DNA of 64,000 bases from Leptospiraceae bacterium (GTDB lineage: Bacteria; Spirochaetota; Leptospiria; Leptospirales; Leptonemataceae). The stretch spans positions 128,001 through 192,000 of the forward strand of contig JAVJNR010000005.1 in the NCBI GenBank assembly GCA_040217195.1, in the 5' to 3' direction. Positions 29,407-40,310 of the stretch are shown piece by piece; within the stretch, counting starts at the first letter, position 1; each line of letters opens with the position of its first letter. The notes beneath the pieces were generated by a model. The model was not told the DNA's origin. It made no database searches and worked only from the letters and a program-made list of their open reading frames with translations. A program made the position numbers and the translations under genes.

Positions 29407-30513
29407 CTAGGCCACAGATGCAGTCTCTCTTCCAGCCATGCGAATCCGACTCTTCTGATTGTTGTAAGCAGATAGTAACGCTTTTCGGCTGCGTTTTAGA
29501 GTTTTGCCCAGGTCTGTAGCCGAAGGGGCCTTTTCTTTTCTTGCTTTGTTGTAGGCTTTTCTGGCCTGCTTCAAGTCAGAAGCTACCTGGTTAAACTGCT
29601 CCATATCTGATTCCACTCTGGATCGAGCGGATGCGTCCAGTTTGGAAGCCTTCATTTCCAGCTTGCTTTCAAGAATCTTTTCATCCGGCATACGAATCAG
29701 ATTGGAGGCCAGACCTAATTTCGATAGGGTCCAGATCATCCATTTGGACGGATCATATTGCCAGGCTCGAATCCCATTTCTATAATCCGCTGGATATTCA
29801 TGATGATAGTTATGATACCCTTCGCCAAAAGTGAATAGTGCCGATATCCAGCTATCGCGAGCTGTATGTTTATTCGAATAGGGCTGACGTCCCAGGGAAT
29901 GGCATACTGAGTTGATGCAAAAGGTTCCATGGTGAACGACTACCACTCGAACCAGGCCTGCAATCAACACTCCGCCCCAGAAGTCTCCCCAGGCCAGTGC
30001 AACCAGTCCAGGAAATAGAAAGCATACAAAAAGACCGAAAGCGGTGTAATAGTTATGCTGAAATCGAATGAATGGATCAGCCCATAGATCTTTAACCTGG
30101 TTAATATCTACTTTTGCTCGGCCATTGGTTCCTCGCTTTACAAAAAGCCAGCCAATGTGCGCATGAAAGAAACCCTTGTTTATAGAATAGGGATCCTGAT
30201 CTGTATCAACAAATCGGTGATGGTTTCTATGATCATGAGACCATTCAATGACTGATTTTTCCAGAGCGCCTGCTCCAAAAAACGTCAAAAGCCAGCGAAT
30301 GGGCGCTGCCGCTTCGTAGCTCTTATGCGAAAACAAACGATGATAGCCCACTGTAATGCCCATTCCTGTAGCGAAAGCCAGTACGAAAGCCAGGGTCACA
30401 GTTTGCCACTGAAAGGCATCGTAGTAGAAATAGTACGTCAGGGCGGCGGCGGCGCCAAGAGGGCTGAGTATCAGAAACACTCCAGTAGACCAACGAAAAT
30501 CCTTTAGTTTCAT
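29407..30513 (-). CDS. Delta-9-type acyl-CoA/fatty acid desaturase
   Basis: His boxes HRLFSH, HRNHH and HNYHH; GEGYHN; DPSKW. Confidence 0.92.
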   Translation of the reverse strand: MKLKDFRWSTGVFLILSPLGAAAALTYYFYYDAFQWQTVTLAFVLAFATGMGITVGYHRLFSHKSYEAAAPIRWLLTFFGAGALEKSVIEWSHDHRNHHRFVDTDQDPYSINKGFFHAHIGWLFVKRGTNGRAKVDINQVKDLWADPFIRFQHNYYTAFGLFVCFLFPGLVALAWGDFWGGVLIAGLVRVVVVHHGTFCINSVCHSLGRQPYSNKHTARDSWISALFTFGEGYHNYHHEYPADYRNGIRAWQYDPSKWMIWTLSKLGLASNLIRMPDEKILESKLEMKASKLDASARSRVESDMEQFNQVASDLKQARKAYNKARKEKAPSATDLGKTLKRSRKALLSAYNNQKSRIRMAGRETASVA

Positions 30514-30758
30514 ATTATCTCCTATTTTATACCATGGCTTCTGTGCTCTCTACGGGCAGGAGAAGCCTAATCCGGAGGCCATAAGGCCTTTGCTTTATCT
30601 AATGCACATAAGAGTCCGATTTGGATCCGTAGTTGCAAAAAAATATGGAAACGAATTCTTTTCCTTCTCCGGGGAGATAGCCGACGATCTGTCAGATTTA
30701 AGGACTGTGAGCGGAATTCTAATTGCGACACAAGGTCCGGGCCACAGATTAGAACAGA

Positions 30759-32708
30759 ATGAAAGCTGTGAAAATCCTCCTGTATTCTTTCCTATCGCTT
30801 CTGGGCGTTCTGTTTCTGGCCTATCTTGCTTTGCCCACAGGACCAAGAGATACTATGAAGTTCGAGGATCCACAGGGCAAGCGTCGATCCGCAGCCCGGG
30901 GACAGGAGTATATGGTGGTAACTGGCACTCCCTGGGCCACCGAAACAGCCGTTCAGGTTCTGGAAGATGGCGGGACGGCCTGCGATGCAACCGTTGCCGC
31001 TCTATTGATGATCAATGTCACCTACGGCGAAGCGGCCAGCTTTCCTTCAGTGGCCCCACTTCTGCATTACAATGCCTCCAACGAGACGATTCGAAGCTAT
31101 GCAGGAGTGGGTACAGCACCGTCAAAGGCTACCATTGAATTCTTTCGCAGCCAGGGACATGAAACTGTACCGCGCAGAAGCATCCTGGCTCAATTGATTC
31201 CGGCCTCTCCGGATGCGATGGTATCTCTACTTCAGGATTGCGGTACCATGAGCTTTGGAGAACTGGCCCGGCCTGCGATCCAAATGGCCGAACAGGGCTT
31301 TCCAGTGCACAACAGTATGCTGGAAAACTTTGAAATGGGTCTTTTTACCCGGTTGGGCTTCACCATCCTGATGCCCTATAATGCAGAGGTCTATTTAGGA
31401 GGTCAATGGTGGCGTCCACTACATCATGGAGATCGTTTCAGACGACCGGACCTGGCCAGAACCTTGCAGGAACTTGTGGATGCAGAACGAAAAGCTCTGG
31501 ATACTGGTTCTTCACGTACAGAGGCTCTTCAGGTAGTGCGTAACTATTTCTATCGGGGCCCCATTGCACAGAAAATTGTGGAATTCCATGCGAAAGAAGA
31601 TGGCCTGATATCTGACGATGATCTGGCCAATTACCGGGGATTCTGGGATGAACCACTTTCTGCGCAATTTGGCGAATACACAATCCTGACCAATCCCACC
31701 TACACTCAGGGCATCGCATTGCTTCTGGCCCTGAAGATTCTAGAAAACGATCAGCAGTATTTGAAAGATGCAGGCCATAACAGTCCAGAATATGCCCATC
31801 GAGTACTGCAGGCCATAGAATTGGCCATGGCGGACAGGGAAGCCTACGCCGGAGACCCATCTTTTGTGAATGTACCTCTGGATGAACTTCTGGGTCCGGA
31901 CTATGCCTCCAGGCGAAGAAGGCATTTACAGAAGCAAGCATTTGAACAAACACCACCGGCACTCACTCTGGAAGCCTCGGCGGATAACTCTTCTATGCGC
32001 GAAACAAATAATTCCGATGACAAGGCCCCCCTCGCCGGCGAAAAACCCGAGCAGATCAATAATCGGCCACAGACTTATTCTGCCTGGCTGTTAAGTGCTT
32101 CGGAAGATGAACGTAGCTTCCTATTTCCGGGAAAGGATACCAGTTATATCAGCATCATAGACCGGCAGGGTAATGCAATCTCATTGACGCCCAGTGACTT
32201 TCCCATATCGCCTATGATTCCGGATACTGGATTAACTCTTGGAATTCGGATGACTCAGTTCAGCTTAAATGAGGAACATCCCTCTTCGCTGCAGCCCGGA
32301 AAAAGGCCCAGGATTACTCCTCATGCAGTGATGGTTCTAAAAAATGGGAAGTTTTACATGAGCTGTGGCACTCCAGGAGGCGAAATGCAGACCCAGGCCA
32401 CACTTCAATTTCTGCTAAACCATATATTGTTTGAAATGGATCCTCAGGATGCGGTCCAGGCCTTTCGATTCAGAAGTCGTAACTGGCCAGATGCATTCGC
32501 TCCCCACGAATATCTGCCCCATACCATAGAAATCGAAGAGTCTCTTGCAAATCAGCTAAAGGAACCTCTGGAAAATAAAGGGTACGAGGTAAATGTTTTT
32601 GAAGATTACAGAAAACGATTCGGCGCTGTAGGAGCGGCCATCAAGCTGGGCTCCCGCCTTGTGGGTGCTGCGGATCCACGCGAAGAGACCTGGGCTATGG
32701 GAAAATGA
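30759..32708 (+). CDS. ggt: Gamma-glutamyltransferase family protein
   Basis: N-terminal anchor; autocleavage DTSYISIIDRQGN, PGKRP, GTPGG and GAADPR. Confidence 0.9.
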   Translation: MKAVKILLYSFLSLLGVLFLAYLALPTGPRDTMKFEDPQGKRRSAARGQEYMVVTGTPWATETAVQVLEDGGTACDATVAALLMINVTYGEAASFPSVAPLLHYNASNETIRSYAGVGTAPSKATIEFFRSQGHETVPRRSILAQLIPASPDAMVSLLQDCGTMSFGELARPAIQMAEQGFPVHNSMLENFEMGLFTRLGFTILMPYNAEVYLGGQWWRPLHHGDRFRRPDLARTLQELVDAERKALDTGSSRTEALQVVRNYFYRGPIAQKIVEFHAKEDGLISDDDLANYRGFWDEPLSAQFGEYTILTNPTYTQGIALLLALKILENDQQYLKDAGHNSPEYAHRVLQAIELAMADREAYAGDPSFVNVPLDELLGPDYASRRRRHLQKQAFEQTPPALTLEASADNSSMRETNNSDDKAPLAGEKPEQINNRPQTYSAWLLSASEDERSFLFPGKDTSYISIIDRQGNAISLTPSDFPISPMIPDTGLTLGIRMTQFSLNEEHPSSLQPGKRPRITPHAVMVLKNGKFYMSCGTPGGEMQTQATLQFLLNHILFEMDPQDAVQAFRFRSRNWPDAFAPHEYLPHTIEIEESLANQLKEPLENKGYEVNVFEDYRKRFGAVGAAIKLGSRLVGAADPREETWAMGK

Positions 32709-32838
32709 GCGCTCTATTGCTCCTTACATAATCTAACTGAATGGCAATGAATTCTCTGTCCGGAGCCAGCGTGCAGCTCTCGATTCTGAGAATTGGCCCG
32801 GGTCAACCACAGGATGTTGGCCCAGGGCCTGGCGGACC

Positions 32839-33876
32839 TCAGTTTTTAGATGGGGCCAGAATTCTTCCAATGCGTTCCTGTCCTTTGAAAACATTCCAGT
32901 CATCCCGAGCATTGAAATATAAAACCCACTCACCTGTGTCCAGCGCCCTGCAATCACAGGCATAGACATGGGATTTCATCCAACCATCGGTGGGTCGAAT
33001 CAATGGATCCATCATACCGTACTCCCAGTTCAGCCCGTCCATTGAAGTGAGCAAAAATAGGGCCGATCGACTGACCGTTTCGCTTGAAGCCCTTTTGCCG
33101 GTCTGCCTGGCATCTCCATCATAGGTTTGGACTTCCGCTGAAGATGCCTCCATGTGTGCATTCCTTTCAGCCGTTTCCAGGAAGATGCCATTCTGTAACC
33201 CGATCCATCCATCTTCCAGACCAAACACCTTGATGGATCCACATCCCATATTTCTGCCGGGAAGCTCTGGATCGGGCGAAAGTAAAGGGGCCGGCAAGCA
33301 CTTCCAGGGACCTTCCGGGTTTTCGGACTCAGCTATGCCAATGTAGGCAGGTTCGGAGAAGCCACAGTCCGGTACAAAAACCAGAGAGGCGCTATAGTAC
33401 ATTCTGAATCCGCCATTCAGCGGAACAACGCATGGATTACTAACAGATGCGCTCATGCGAAAGGCCCGATGCCAGGGCAATTCAGGTTTTATACAAGTTC
33501 GCGGCGAGGACCAATGGGTAAGATCGGTACTGGTTCTTACTTCGATTCTGGAATGCCAGGGCAATGGAAGCCAGGACAGGGGCATCAAAAAAGGCGGGTA
33601 TCGTTCATAATAAAGATAGTATAGATCGCCAAATCGCCGAATATATGGGCGCATCCCAAAACGAACAATCAGACCGCAATGTTTCCATTCCAGGCCGTCC
33701 ACCGACTGGAATCTATGGATCCCCCAGATTGTATGGGCAAACAATTGGAATAACCCATCCGGAGTCTCCGAGGGTAACAGGAAACTCGGGTCGGCCACTA
33801 CAGGAGAACGTGAGGGAGGCTCAATGAGCTTTTCCGGACTGGACCAATTCAGTGCCAGAAAATCCTTTACCTTCAT
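32839..33876 (-). CDS. Five-bladed beta-propeller glycoside hydrolase-like protein (GH43/GH130-like)
   Basis: VADPS, SxDG..W Asp-box-like repeats, SNPCVV and AESENPEGPW. Confidence 0.7.
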   Translation of the reverse strand: MKVKDFLALNWSSPEKLIEPPSRSPVVADPSFLLPSETPDGLFQLFAHTIWGIHRFQSVDGLEWKHCGLIVRFGMRPYIRRFGDLYYLYYERYPPFLMPLSWLPLPWHSRIEVRTSTDLTHWSSPRTCIKPELPWHRAFRMSASVSNPCVVPLNGGFRMYYSASLVFVPDCGFSEPAYIGIAESENPEGPWKCLPAPLLSPDPELPGRNMGCGSIKVFGLEDGWIGLQNGIFLETAERNAHMEASSAEVQTYDGDARQTGKRASSETVSRSALFLLTSMDGLNWEYGMMDPLIRPTDGWMKSHVYACDCRALDTGEWVLYFNARDDWNVFKGQERIGRILAPSKN

Positions 33877-33918
33877 TTCAAGAAATGCTCCGATTCAAAG
33901 AACCTTCCTGCCCGGTCT

Positions 33919-35439
33919 CTAGCCGAACAGTACGCTGATCACTTTGCGAAAAAGCTTCTGGGTTCCCTGGCTGTAAGGAAACCACCAGAGTTCTTTCTTC
34001 AAGCCCAGTCGATCCCTGAGCACAGATTGCATATTTGTAAAGGCACGAAGGCCTTCTTTGCCATACACGCGTCCTATTCCGCTTTCTTTGACTCCGCCAA
34101 AGGGAAGATCGGACATGATGTAGTTTGCATCCACATCGTTGATGCAAACAGCACCGCTTTTTACGCTTCTGGCCACTCTCTTTGCCTTTTTACCATTTCT
34201 AGTCCATACGGAAGCATTTAATCCAAAGGCTGTGGAGTTCGCCAGGTTAATGGCTTCTTCCTCGGTGGTAAATCTCTGCAATGCAATGACCGGTCCAAAG
34301 GTTTCATCCTTCCAGATCTTCATATCCGATGTGACTTCAGTGACAAGTGCTGGTTTCATGAACAGTCCATCAAAATCATCATGACGACCGCCTTCCAGCA
34401 TTAGATGTGCTCCTTTCTGCTTCGCATCCTCCAGATGTTCCTGTACTATGCCTACCTGCTTTTCGAATGTCATGGAACCCAGGCTGGGAAAATCCTGACG
34501 AAATCCCTGACGCGTTTCCTTTAGTTTGTCTGCCACCATCTGAGCAAATTTATCATGAATGCTTGCTTCCACCAGGACTCGCTCCACACTGATGCAGGTC
34601 TGTCCGGAATTTGAGTAGCCGCCCCAGATTGCTGCGTTCACGGCTCGCTGGAGATTCGCATCCGAGAAAATTACCATGGGATCTTTTCCACCCAGCTCCA
34701 GGATCACAGGTTTTAACATACGGCCACAGATTTCGCCGATCTTTCGACCGGTGGCTGTGGAGCCGGTAAAACAAATCATATCTGTATCTGGATGTTCTAC
34801 AAGTGCAGAACCTGTGGATCCATCACCGGTGGCCACAAGCAATGCATCGTCTGGAATACCGGCTTCCAGGGCCAGCTCCTTGAGCTTCAATGTGGTAGAA
34901 GGAGTTACTTCCGATGGTTTTACGATTACTGTATTTCCGGCCATCAAAGCCTGGAGAACAGGTCCAGCTGTTAATATAAATGGATAATTCCAGGGGCTGA
35001 TAACACCCACAACGCCTCTGGGCTGAAAATTAGTATAGGCTGCCTTCCAGACAAATACTCCGGTGCTTCTCTTCTCCGGTTTCAGGTATTTAGGACCTTT
35101 CTTTCTGAAATAGTTCAAATGCTCTGAGACGGTGAATACCTCCAGAATTCCGTCCATTTCAGTCTTACCGGTTTCTTCGCAAACTGCATGGGCAATTTCA
35201 TCCATCTTCGCCACAATTAGCTTTTGCAGCTTTTTTAGTATTTTGGCCCGCTGTTTGAGACTGAGGGCACTCCAGGACCCGAAGGCAATGCGAGATCTCT
35301 TAACAAGTTGATCAACTTCCGCAGCAGTAAAGACTGGAACATCGGCTATCAGTTCCATGGTGGCCGGATTCATATTGGGAATCGTTCGTCGGTTTCCGTT
35401 CTGCATTTCTGCGATGGCCGGGCTCTGTGTGGTTTGCAT
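33919..35439 (-). CDS. Aldehyde dehydrogenase
   Basis: ISPWNYP, KPSE, FTGS, LELGGKDP, GQTC, ETFGP and PFGGVKESG. Confidence 0.95.
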   Translation of the reverse strand: MQTTQSPAIAEMQNGNRRTIPNMNPATMELIADVPVFTAAEVDQLVKRSRIAFGSWSALSLKQRAKILKKLQKLIVAKMDEIAHAVCEETGKTEMDGILEVFTVSEHLNYFRKKGPKYLKPEKRSTGVFVWKAAYTNFQPRGVVGVISPWNYPFILTAGPVLQALMAGNTVIVKPSEVTPSTTLKLKELALEAGIPDDALLVATGDGSTGSALVEHPDTDMICFTGSTATGRKIGEICGRMLKPVILELGGKDPMVIFSDANLQRAVNAAIWGGYSNSGQTCISVERVLVEASIHDKFAQMVADKLKETRQGFRQDFPSLGSMTFEKQVGIVQEHLEDAKQKGAHLMLEGGRHDDFDGLFMKPALVTEVTSDMKIWKDETFGPVIALQRFTTEEEAINLANSTAFGLNASVWTRNGKKAKRVARSVKSGAVCINDVDANYIMSDLPFGGVKESGIGRVYGKEGLRAFTNMQSVLRDRLGLKKELWWFPYSQGTQKLFRKVISVLFG

Positions 35440-35445
35440 ACAGCA

Positions 35446-35474
35446 AACCTACGGTATGTCAGAAAAAAGATCAA
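35446..35474 (-). promoter_or_regulatory. Sigma-70-type promoter of the aldehyde dehydrogenase (leaderless)
   Basis: Minus strand TTGATC-N17-TAGGTT-N6-ATG; no Shine-Dalgarno. Confidence 0.5.
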
Positions 35475-37054
35475 CGAAAAAGAGAACGAATTACTCCCAT
35501 TTCCCGGTTCCGCATTAATATGGCAATGAGCAGATAAATGGCTCCCCCTATGCCAATTGGAATAAAAACCACCGGCCAGACACGGTTCAGATCTGCAAGA
35601 CTGCTACGAATCATGTCAGAATCACCTAGCTGCCAGAAATCCAGGCCAGACAGGAAGAAAAGGGTCAGCGCTACAACACCGGCCAGGGCAATCCACATAG
35701 GAAGCAATGCCTGAATTCTAGCTAATAGATCGCCCCAGGGAATTCTGTGAATTTTCCTTCGTAAGAAGTAAAGCAGAGCCATACAGTTCAGAAACGATGT
35801 GGTAGTTGTGCTCAGTGCCAGTGCGCCATGGGCCAGAAATGGAATTAATATTAGATTCAAACTAAGGTTCACTGCCACCGTTGCAGCTAGAATTCTTACA
35901 GGTGTTTTCGTGTCCTGATAGGCGAAGAAGCTGGAGGTCAGGATTCGATTCATACTGTAAAAGGGCACTCCAATGCAATAGAATTGAAGTGCATGCCAGG
36001 TGGTCAGTGTGGAATCCACCGTCCACTCACCGCCGCTGAACAATAGGTGAATAATAAATGGTCCGAGAAGATAGAGCCCCAGGCCGGCCGGTACAGTCAA
36101 AAATAGAGAAAAGGAAATGGCACTGACAAGTTCCTGTCCATTGTCATCGCTGCCATCTGATTTCATGGCAGCTACTAGAGTGGGCAGAATGGCGGTGGAA
36201 AGTGCCACACCAATGATTCCGGTGGGTAACTGAATCAAACGATGCGCGAATCGCAGTCCAGGTATGGCTCCAGTATCATCGATTAAATAGCTGGCCAGAA
36301 CAATGTCCATCAACTGGTTGATGTGAAACAAACTGGCCCCCAGAACAGCCGGAGCCATTAGAGTCAGTACCTTTCGCAATGCGGGATGCTTCCAGGCCAA
36401 TTTCAGTCGCGGCCACCATCCATGAAAATATACATAACCTGCCTGCAATAGAATCTGGAGTAAGCCTCCTCCCAGCACAATCCAGGCCAGCGCAGACGCA
36501 TTTCCTTCCTGGCTCATATCCAGAGGTCGCAAGATTAGAAAACCTGCAATGAATACCAGATTCAATAGTATAGGCGAAAGGGCCGGAAAGGAGAAATGCT
36601 GATGCGTCTGTGCAATGCCACTTAAAATGGCTGTAAGGCTGGCAGAAAGTATGAATCCGAATAAAACCTGACTCAAATAGATTTCCAATCCGGCCTGATT
36701 CGGATCCTGATCCACATAAACAGGAATAAAGAATGGAAAAATCAGGATGGCTGTGGCCACCAGTCCAGTGAGAAATAGAGCCAGTACAGCAATGACAGCT
36801 CCGGCCGCTTCCTTTCCCTTTTCTTCTCCTTCTTTCAGTGCCGCGCCATAAATGGGAATGAAAGCCTGGGATAACACACCCTCGGCCAGCAGGTTGCGAA
36901 GCATGTTCGGCAACATGTACGCGATTTCCCAGGCGGCCGCCACAGCACCGGTGCCAAAAAAGGTTGCTTGAAAGTGATCTCGCACCAATCCCAGGACCCG
37001 GGATAGCATCGTAAAAAAAGAGAGTTTAAGCGAATTGCGGGCCGTGCGGCTCAT
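35471..37054 (-). CDS. murJ: Lipid II flippase MurJ (MviN)
   Basis: SRVLGLVRD, PNMLRNLLAEG..SQAFIP, RLIQLPTGIIGVALST and DTKTP. Confidence 0.95.
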   Translation of the reverse strand: MSRTARNSLKLSFFTMLSRVLGLVRDHFQATFFGTGAVAAAWEIAYMLPNMLRNLLAEGVLSQAFIPIYGAALKEGEEKGKEAAGAVIAVLALFLTGLVATAILIFPFFIPVYVDQDPNQAGLEIYLSQVLFGFILSASLTAILSGIAQTHQHFSFPALSPILLNLVFIAGFLILRPLDMSQEGNASALAWIVLGGGLLQILLQAGYVYFHGWWPRLKLAWKHPALRKVLTLMAPAVLGASLFHINQLMDIVLASYLIDDTGAIPGLRFAHRLIQLPTGIIGVALSTAILPTLVAAMKSDGSDDNGQELVSAISFSLFLTVPAGLGLYLLGPFIIHLLFSGGEWTVDSTLTTWHALQFYCIGVPFYSMNRILTSSFFAYQDTKTPVRILAATVAVNLSLNLILIPFLAHGALALSTTTTSFLNCMALLYFLRRKIHRIPWGDLLARIQALLPMWIALAGVVALTLFFLSGLDFWQLGDSDMIRSSLADLNRVWPVVFIPIGIGGAIYLLIAILMRNREMGVIRSLFR

Positions 37055-38049
37055 TAAGTGGCAAGTTTTTCATAGTAGGATGTAGATCCATCCGTTTCCA
37101 CTTCGAATTCGATTTTACAGGCCGGGCAGAGATGCCTTCCCGCATGATAGATTCGCAACTTGCTACCACATTGTTCGCATTCCAGGATTCGGTTCATCTC
37201 GGCCGGCTGGCTGCCGGACATTTGAGCGGAAGCGGATACACCGGACCGTCCGGACATGGCTGCTGACGCCTGATGCTTCATACTGGCTACCGGAACTTCT
37301 GCCGGTCCTCGTGCCCCCGGCCTGGGGACTCCCTTGTCCCTGTTGCGGGAAGAACCGGATAGTTTAGAAGTGGCAGACAAATCAAAACTGCGAGTATCCT
37401 CACCGGATTTTTCCGAGCGGGAACGAACAGCACGATCTTTTTCAAATTCTTCCTTCAGCGAATGCTCCGTTCTCTGAAGATCCTCCATAGTTTTTCCCAG
37501 GCTCTTTAAATGCCTGGTAAGACCGTCCAGAGTTTCGGAAAGTCTTCCCATTGATTGACCCATCTGGAATGCATCGTCCGTGTGAGCCCCTGCAGAGGCC
37601 GACCCGGAGGAACTGGAAGCCATACCTGACGGAGGAAGAATGCCGCCTTTAACTCCAGTCGAGCGATCTGCGCTATCTGATCTTTCCTGATAGGTTCCAG
37701 GCTGCATGGAGTATTGCTCCACCACGTCCAGAGGTTGCACCGCTTCTGGCATAGCAGCTCGCATTTCATGCTCGGATGGATACACCGGAATGTGCCTGGA
37801 GATACCCAGGAAATCGAGCATCATACCCACTTCCTGGGATGGACTTAGAATTCCAAGTTTAAGGTTACGTTCCCTGGCTTTCTGACTGACCCTGAGAAAG
37901 GAAGCCACTCCGGCGCTGGTCATATATTTAAGACCGGAAAAATCCAGTCCGATGGGTTCGCGATGCTCTCGCAATAAATCCATCAAACTGCGTTCAAATC
38001 TGTGTCCGGTGGTGGAATCCAGCACTCCTCTAATTGCCAGTATTTTCAT
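37054..38049 (-). CDS. STAS (anti-sigma antagonist) domain protein with C-terminal zinc ribbon
   Basis: GVLD...LDFSGLKYMTSAG; C-terminal CEQC...CPAC. Confidence 0.8.
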   Translation of the reverse strand: MKILAIRGVLDSTTGHRFERSLMDLLREHREPIGLDFSGLKYMTSAGVASFLRVSQKARERNLKLGILSPSQEVGMMLDFLGISRHIPVYPSEHEMRAAMPEAVQPLDVVEQYSMQPGTYQERSDSADRSTGVKGGILPPSGMASSSSGSASAGAHTDDAFQMGQSMGRLSETLDGLTRHLKSLGKTMEDLQRTEHSLKEEFEKDRAVRSRSEKSGEDTRSFDLSATSKLSGSSRNRDKGVPRPGARGPAEVPVASMKHQASAAMSGRSGVSASAQMSGSQPAEMNRILECEQCGSKLRIYHAGRHLCPACKIEFEVETDGSTSYYEKLAT

Positions 38050-39104
38050 CCATGATCTCCATTCTTCAGTGGGATGGCATCCAGAATGTCTCTGTCAATA
38101 ACCCGGGGCGGTTCGTAAGCTGTGTCTTCCATTGTTTGACTGCGCTGGGATGGTGGCCTTCGATTCGCCGCAGGCTGATTCCCGGGAAACTCCGGCCAGG
38201 TCTCGGTTTCGCCGGGAACGGAAGTGGGATTCCCCTCGCCCCAGGCACCTGGTACAGGAATGCTCTGCGCTTCTGCTTCAAATGACTCGTCTCCAAAACC
38301 TGCCTCTTGCAGATCATGACTTCGATCCTGGAAAGAGCCATGGTCGGCTCCGCCGGAAGCCTGTACGATTGATGAATCCTTGCGACGACCAAAGATTGTG
38401 AGTGCAAGCAATATGCTGAGAATAAAAGTTAGCGCTCCGTACGCAATCAGGCTGTAGGTAATGGTTCGCAGCACGTTTTGCCAGTATAGATTGAGAATAT
38501 TTTCAATACCATCGTTTCGCAAAAATACATGCAGACTACCGGAAGGCACATCTGCATCCGGCAAATAGACTGCATAAGCAACATGGAAACTGTTGGCGCG
38601 CAGATCGGGAATATATCTTTCCAGTAGAGGTATCAGAGATGCAAGCGGTGCGTCCGGACGATAGTTTGTCCTTCCGGTTACTTCAAGATTCAGTGGATAA
38701 CGCCGGGCATTTAGAAGTACATCTTTGTATTTTTCCTCTGGATAGGTAATTCCAGAATCCTGAGCCACGCTGGCCACGTCATTATGAGCCAGCACTCGAC
38801 CTTCCAGGTCGATTAAGAAGGTTTTCTCTACTACAAATCCTCTGGCCGCCTCCTGAGAGTCCTGCACCAGCTGCTTCATGGTTTCACATAAGCTTACCAG
38901 AGCTTCAGAGCTTGTGGCCTCGGATGCCTGGGCTCCCAGAGCCACCGTAAGCTGGCTGGCCCGACTTCTAGCTTGATTCTGGACTTCGCCCACCATCTCG
39001 GCTCCATCACGATAAATAAAATAGCCCGCCGGGATCATTCCCACAAGGAGCATCACTGAAATGAGGAAGGATCCTCCGAGCCATTTGAACATTCGGGCAG
39101 CCAT
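38046..39104 (-). CDS. Hypothetical two-TM protein with Cache-like periplasmic domain
   Basis: TM, then LIDLEGRVLAH, TM and a disordered tail; ATGA overlap with the STAS gene. Confidence 0.65.
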   Translation of the reverse strand: MAARMFKWLGGSFLISVMLLVGMIPAGYFIYRDGAEMVGEVQNQARSRASQLTVALGAQASEATSSEALVSLCETMKQLVQDSQEAARGFVVEKTFLIDLEGRVLAHNDVASVAQDSGITYPEEKYKDVLLNARRYPLNLEVTGRTNYRPDAPLASLIPLLERYIPDLRANSFHVAYAVYLPDADVPSGSLHVFLRNDGIENILNLYWQNVLRTITYSLIAYGALTFILSILLALTIFGRRKDSSIVQASGGADHGSFQDRSHDLQEAGFGDESFEAEAQSIPVPGAWGEGNPTSVPGETETWPEFPGNQPAANRRPPSQRSQTMEDTAYEPPRVIDRDILDAIPLKNGDHG

Positions 39105-39192
39105 AGTCTTTACTATGATCGGCCAGTTACCCCCCCAAATGTGAAAAGAATTTGCCAGGAAATCTGCCTTTCAGAAAATCAACTCCCGTTGC

Positions 39193-40155
39193 ATGGAAAA
39201 ATTCCGAAGCTGGATTCCGCACGGTTTCGACTACCTTTCTCCCGAAGAAATCAAGATTCTTCGCCGCCTGCAGGCAAAAAGCCGGGAATGCTTTGAAAAG
39301 GAAGGTTTCACCGAGATCATACCACCTGGCATTGATTATGCCGGGGCTTTTGCTATAACCGGACGAAATGCGGTTCCGGATCGAATATTCGAATTTAGAG
39401 ATTCCGCAGGAGAAATACTCTCGGTGCGCTCGGATCTTACAGTGCAGGTAATCAAAGCAGTCTCTTCAGGCAGGGCCGGCACCACCATTCCCGCTGATTT
39501 ATTCTATGTGCAGCCAGTATTTATAGATGCAGGAAAAGGAAGCGGCGCTTCCCGAGAGATCTATCAGGCTGGAGTGGAGATGATCGGCTCCGACGGCAAT
39601 GACTATTCGGACCGGGTGCATAGGCTTGTGCAGCTGGCCAGAACCGTTTTACATGAACTGGCACCCGGAGCTCGTTTTATCTATGGAGATGCTCGATTTC
39701 TGGAAATACTATTCAACGGCATAGATTCCCTGGTACGCCGGGAATTATCCGAAGCTTTCTATAAGAAGGATCGTAGAAAGATTCAGGAACTCTGCGAGCA
39801 ATCGGATGTTTCCTCAGATCGGGCTTTTATTCTATCCGAAATGCCTCACATTTTTGGAGGAACTGAATGCCTGGATGAACTGGAACAACTATGCGCCAGC
39901 GAACCAGGCCTTTTACTACTGCTAAAAGAAGCCAGGAGTGTTGAAGGGGTGGTCTTTGACTTCAGCCTGGTCCGAGAGCTAAGCTACTATGATGGACCAG
40001 TTATAGAAGCCTTCTTGCCAGGGCATACAGATCGCATCCTGTCTGGCGGACTCTACGATAGTCTGGCACGCGAATTTTCGGCAAAGACTTTGCCTGCGGC
40101 GGGATTTGCAGTGCATCTATCCGAATTGATTCGCGCTGAAAAGGTAAAATCATAG
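39193..40155 (+). CDS. hisZ: ATP phosphoribosyltransferase regulatory subunit
   Basis: RSDLTVQV, REIYQAGVEMIG, LSYYDG and SGGLYD; upstream of purA. Confidence 0.88.
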   Translation: MEKFRSWIPHGFDYLSPEEIKILRRLQAKSRECFEKEGFTEIIPPGIDYAGAFAITGRNAVPDRIFEFRDSAGEILSVRSDLTVQVIKAVSSGRAGTTIPADLFYVQPVFIDAGKGSGASREIYQAGVEMIGSDGNDYSDRVHRLVQLARTVLHELAPGARFIYGDARFLEILFNGIDSLVRRELSEAFYKKDRRKIQELCEQSDVSSDRAFILSEMPHIFGGTECLDELEQLCASEPGLLLLLKEARSVEGVVFDFSLVRELSYYDGPVIEAFLPGHTDRILSGGLYDSLAREFSAKTLPAAGFAVHLSELIRAEKVKS

Positions 40156-40310
40156 GATTATCATTATTCTGTCTGGATTGGCCAGGCAACCAATAGAATT
40201 AGACTGGCAGCTGAGTTTTTGAAAGATGAATACATTCAGACTACCGCCTTACTAAGGCAATTGAGGCAAGTTTTCAAAGTACGCATTTCTATTATTTGAG
40301 GGGAAGAAAA

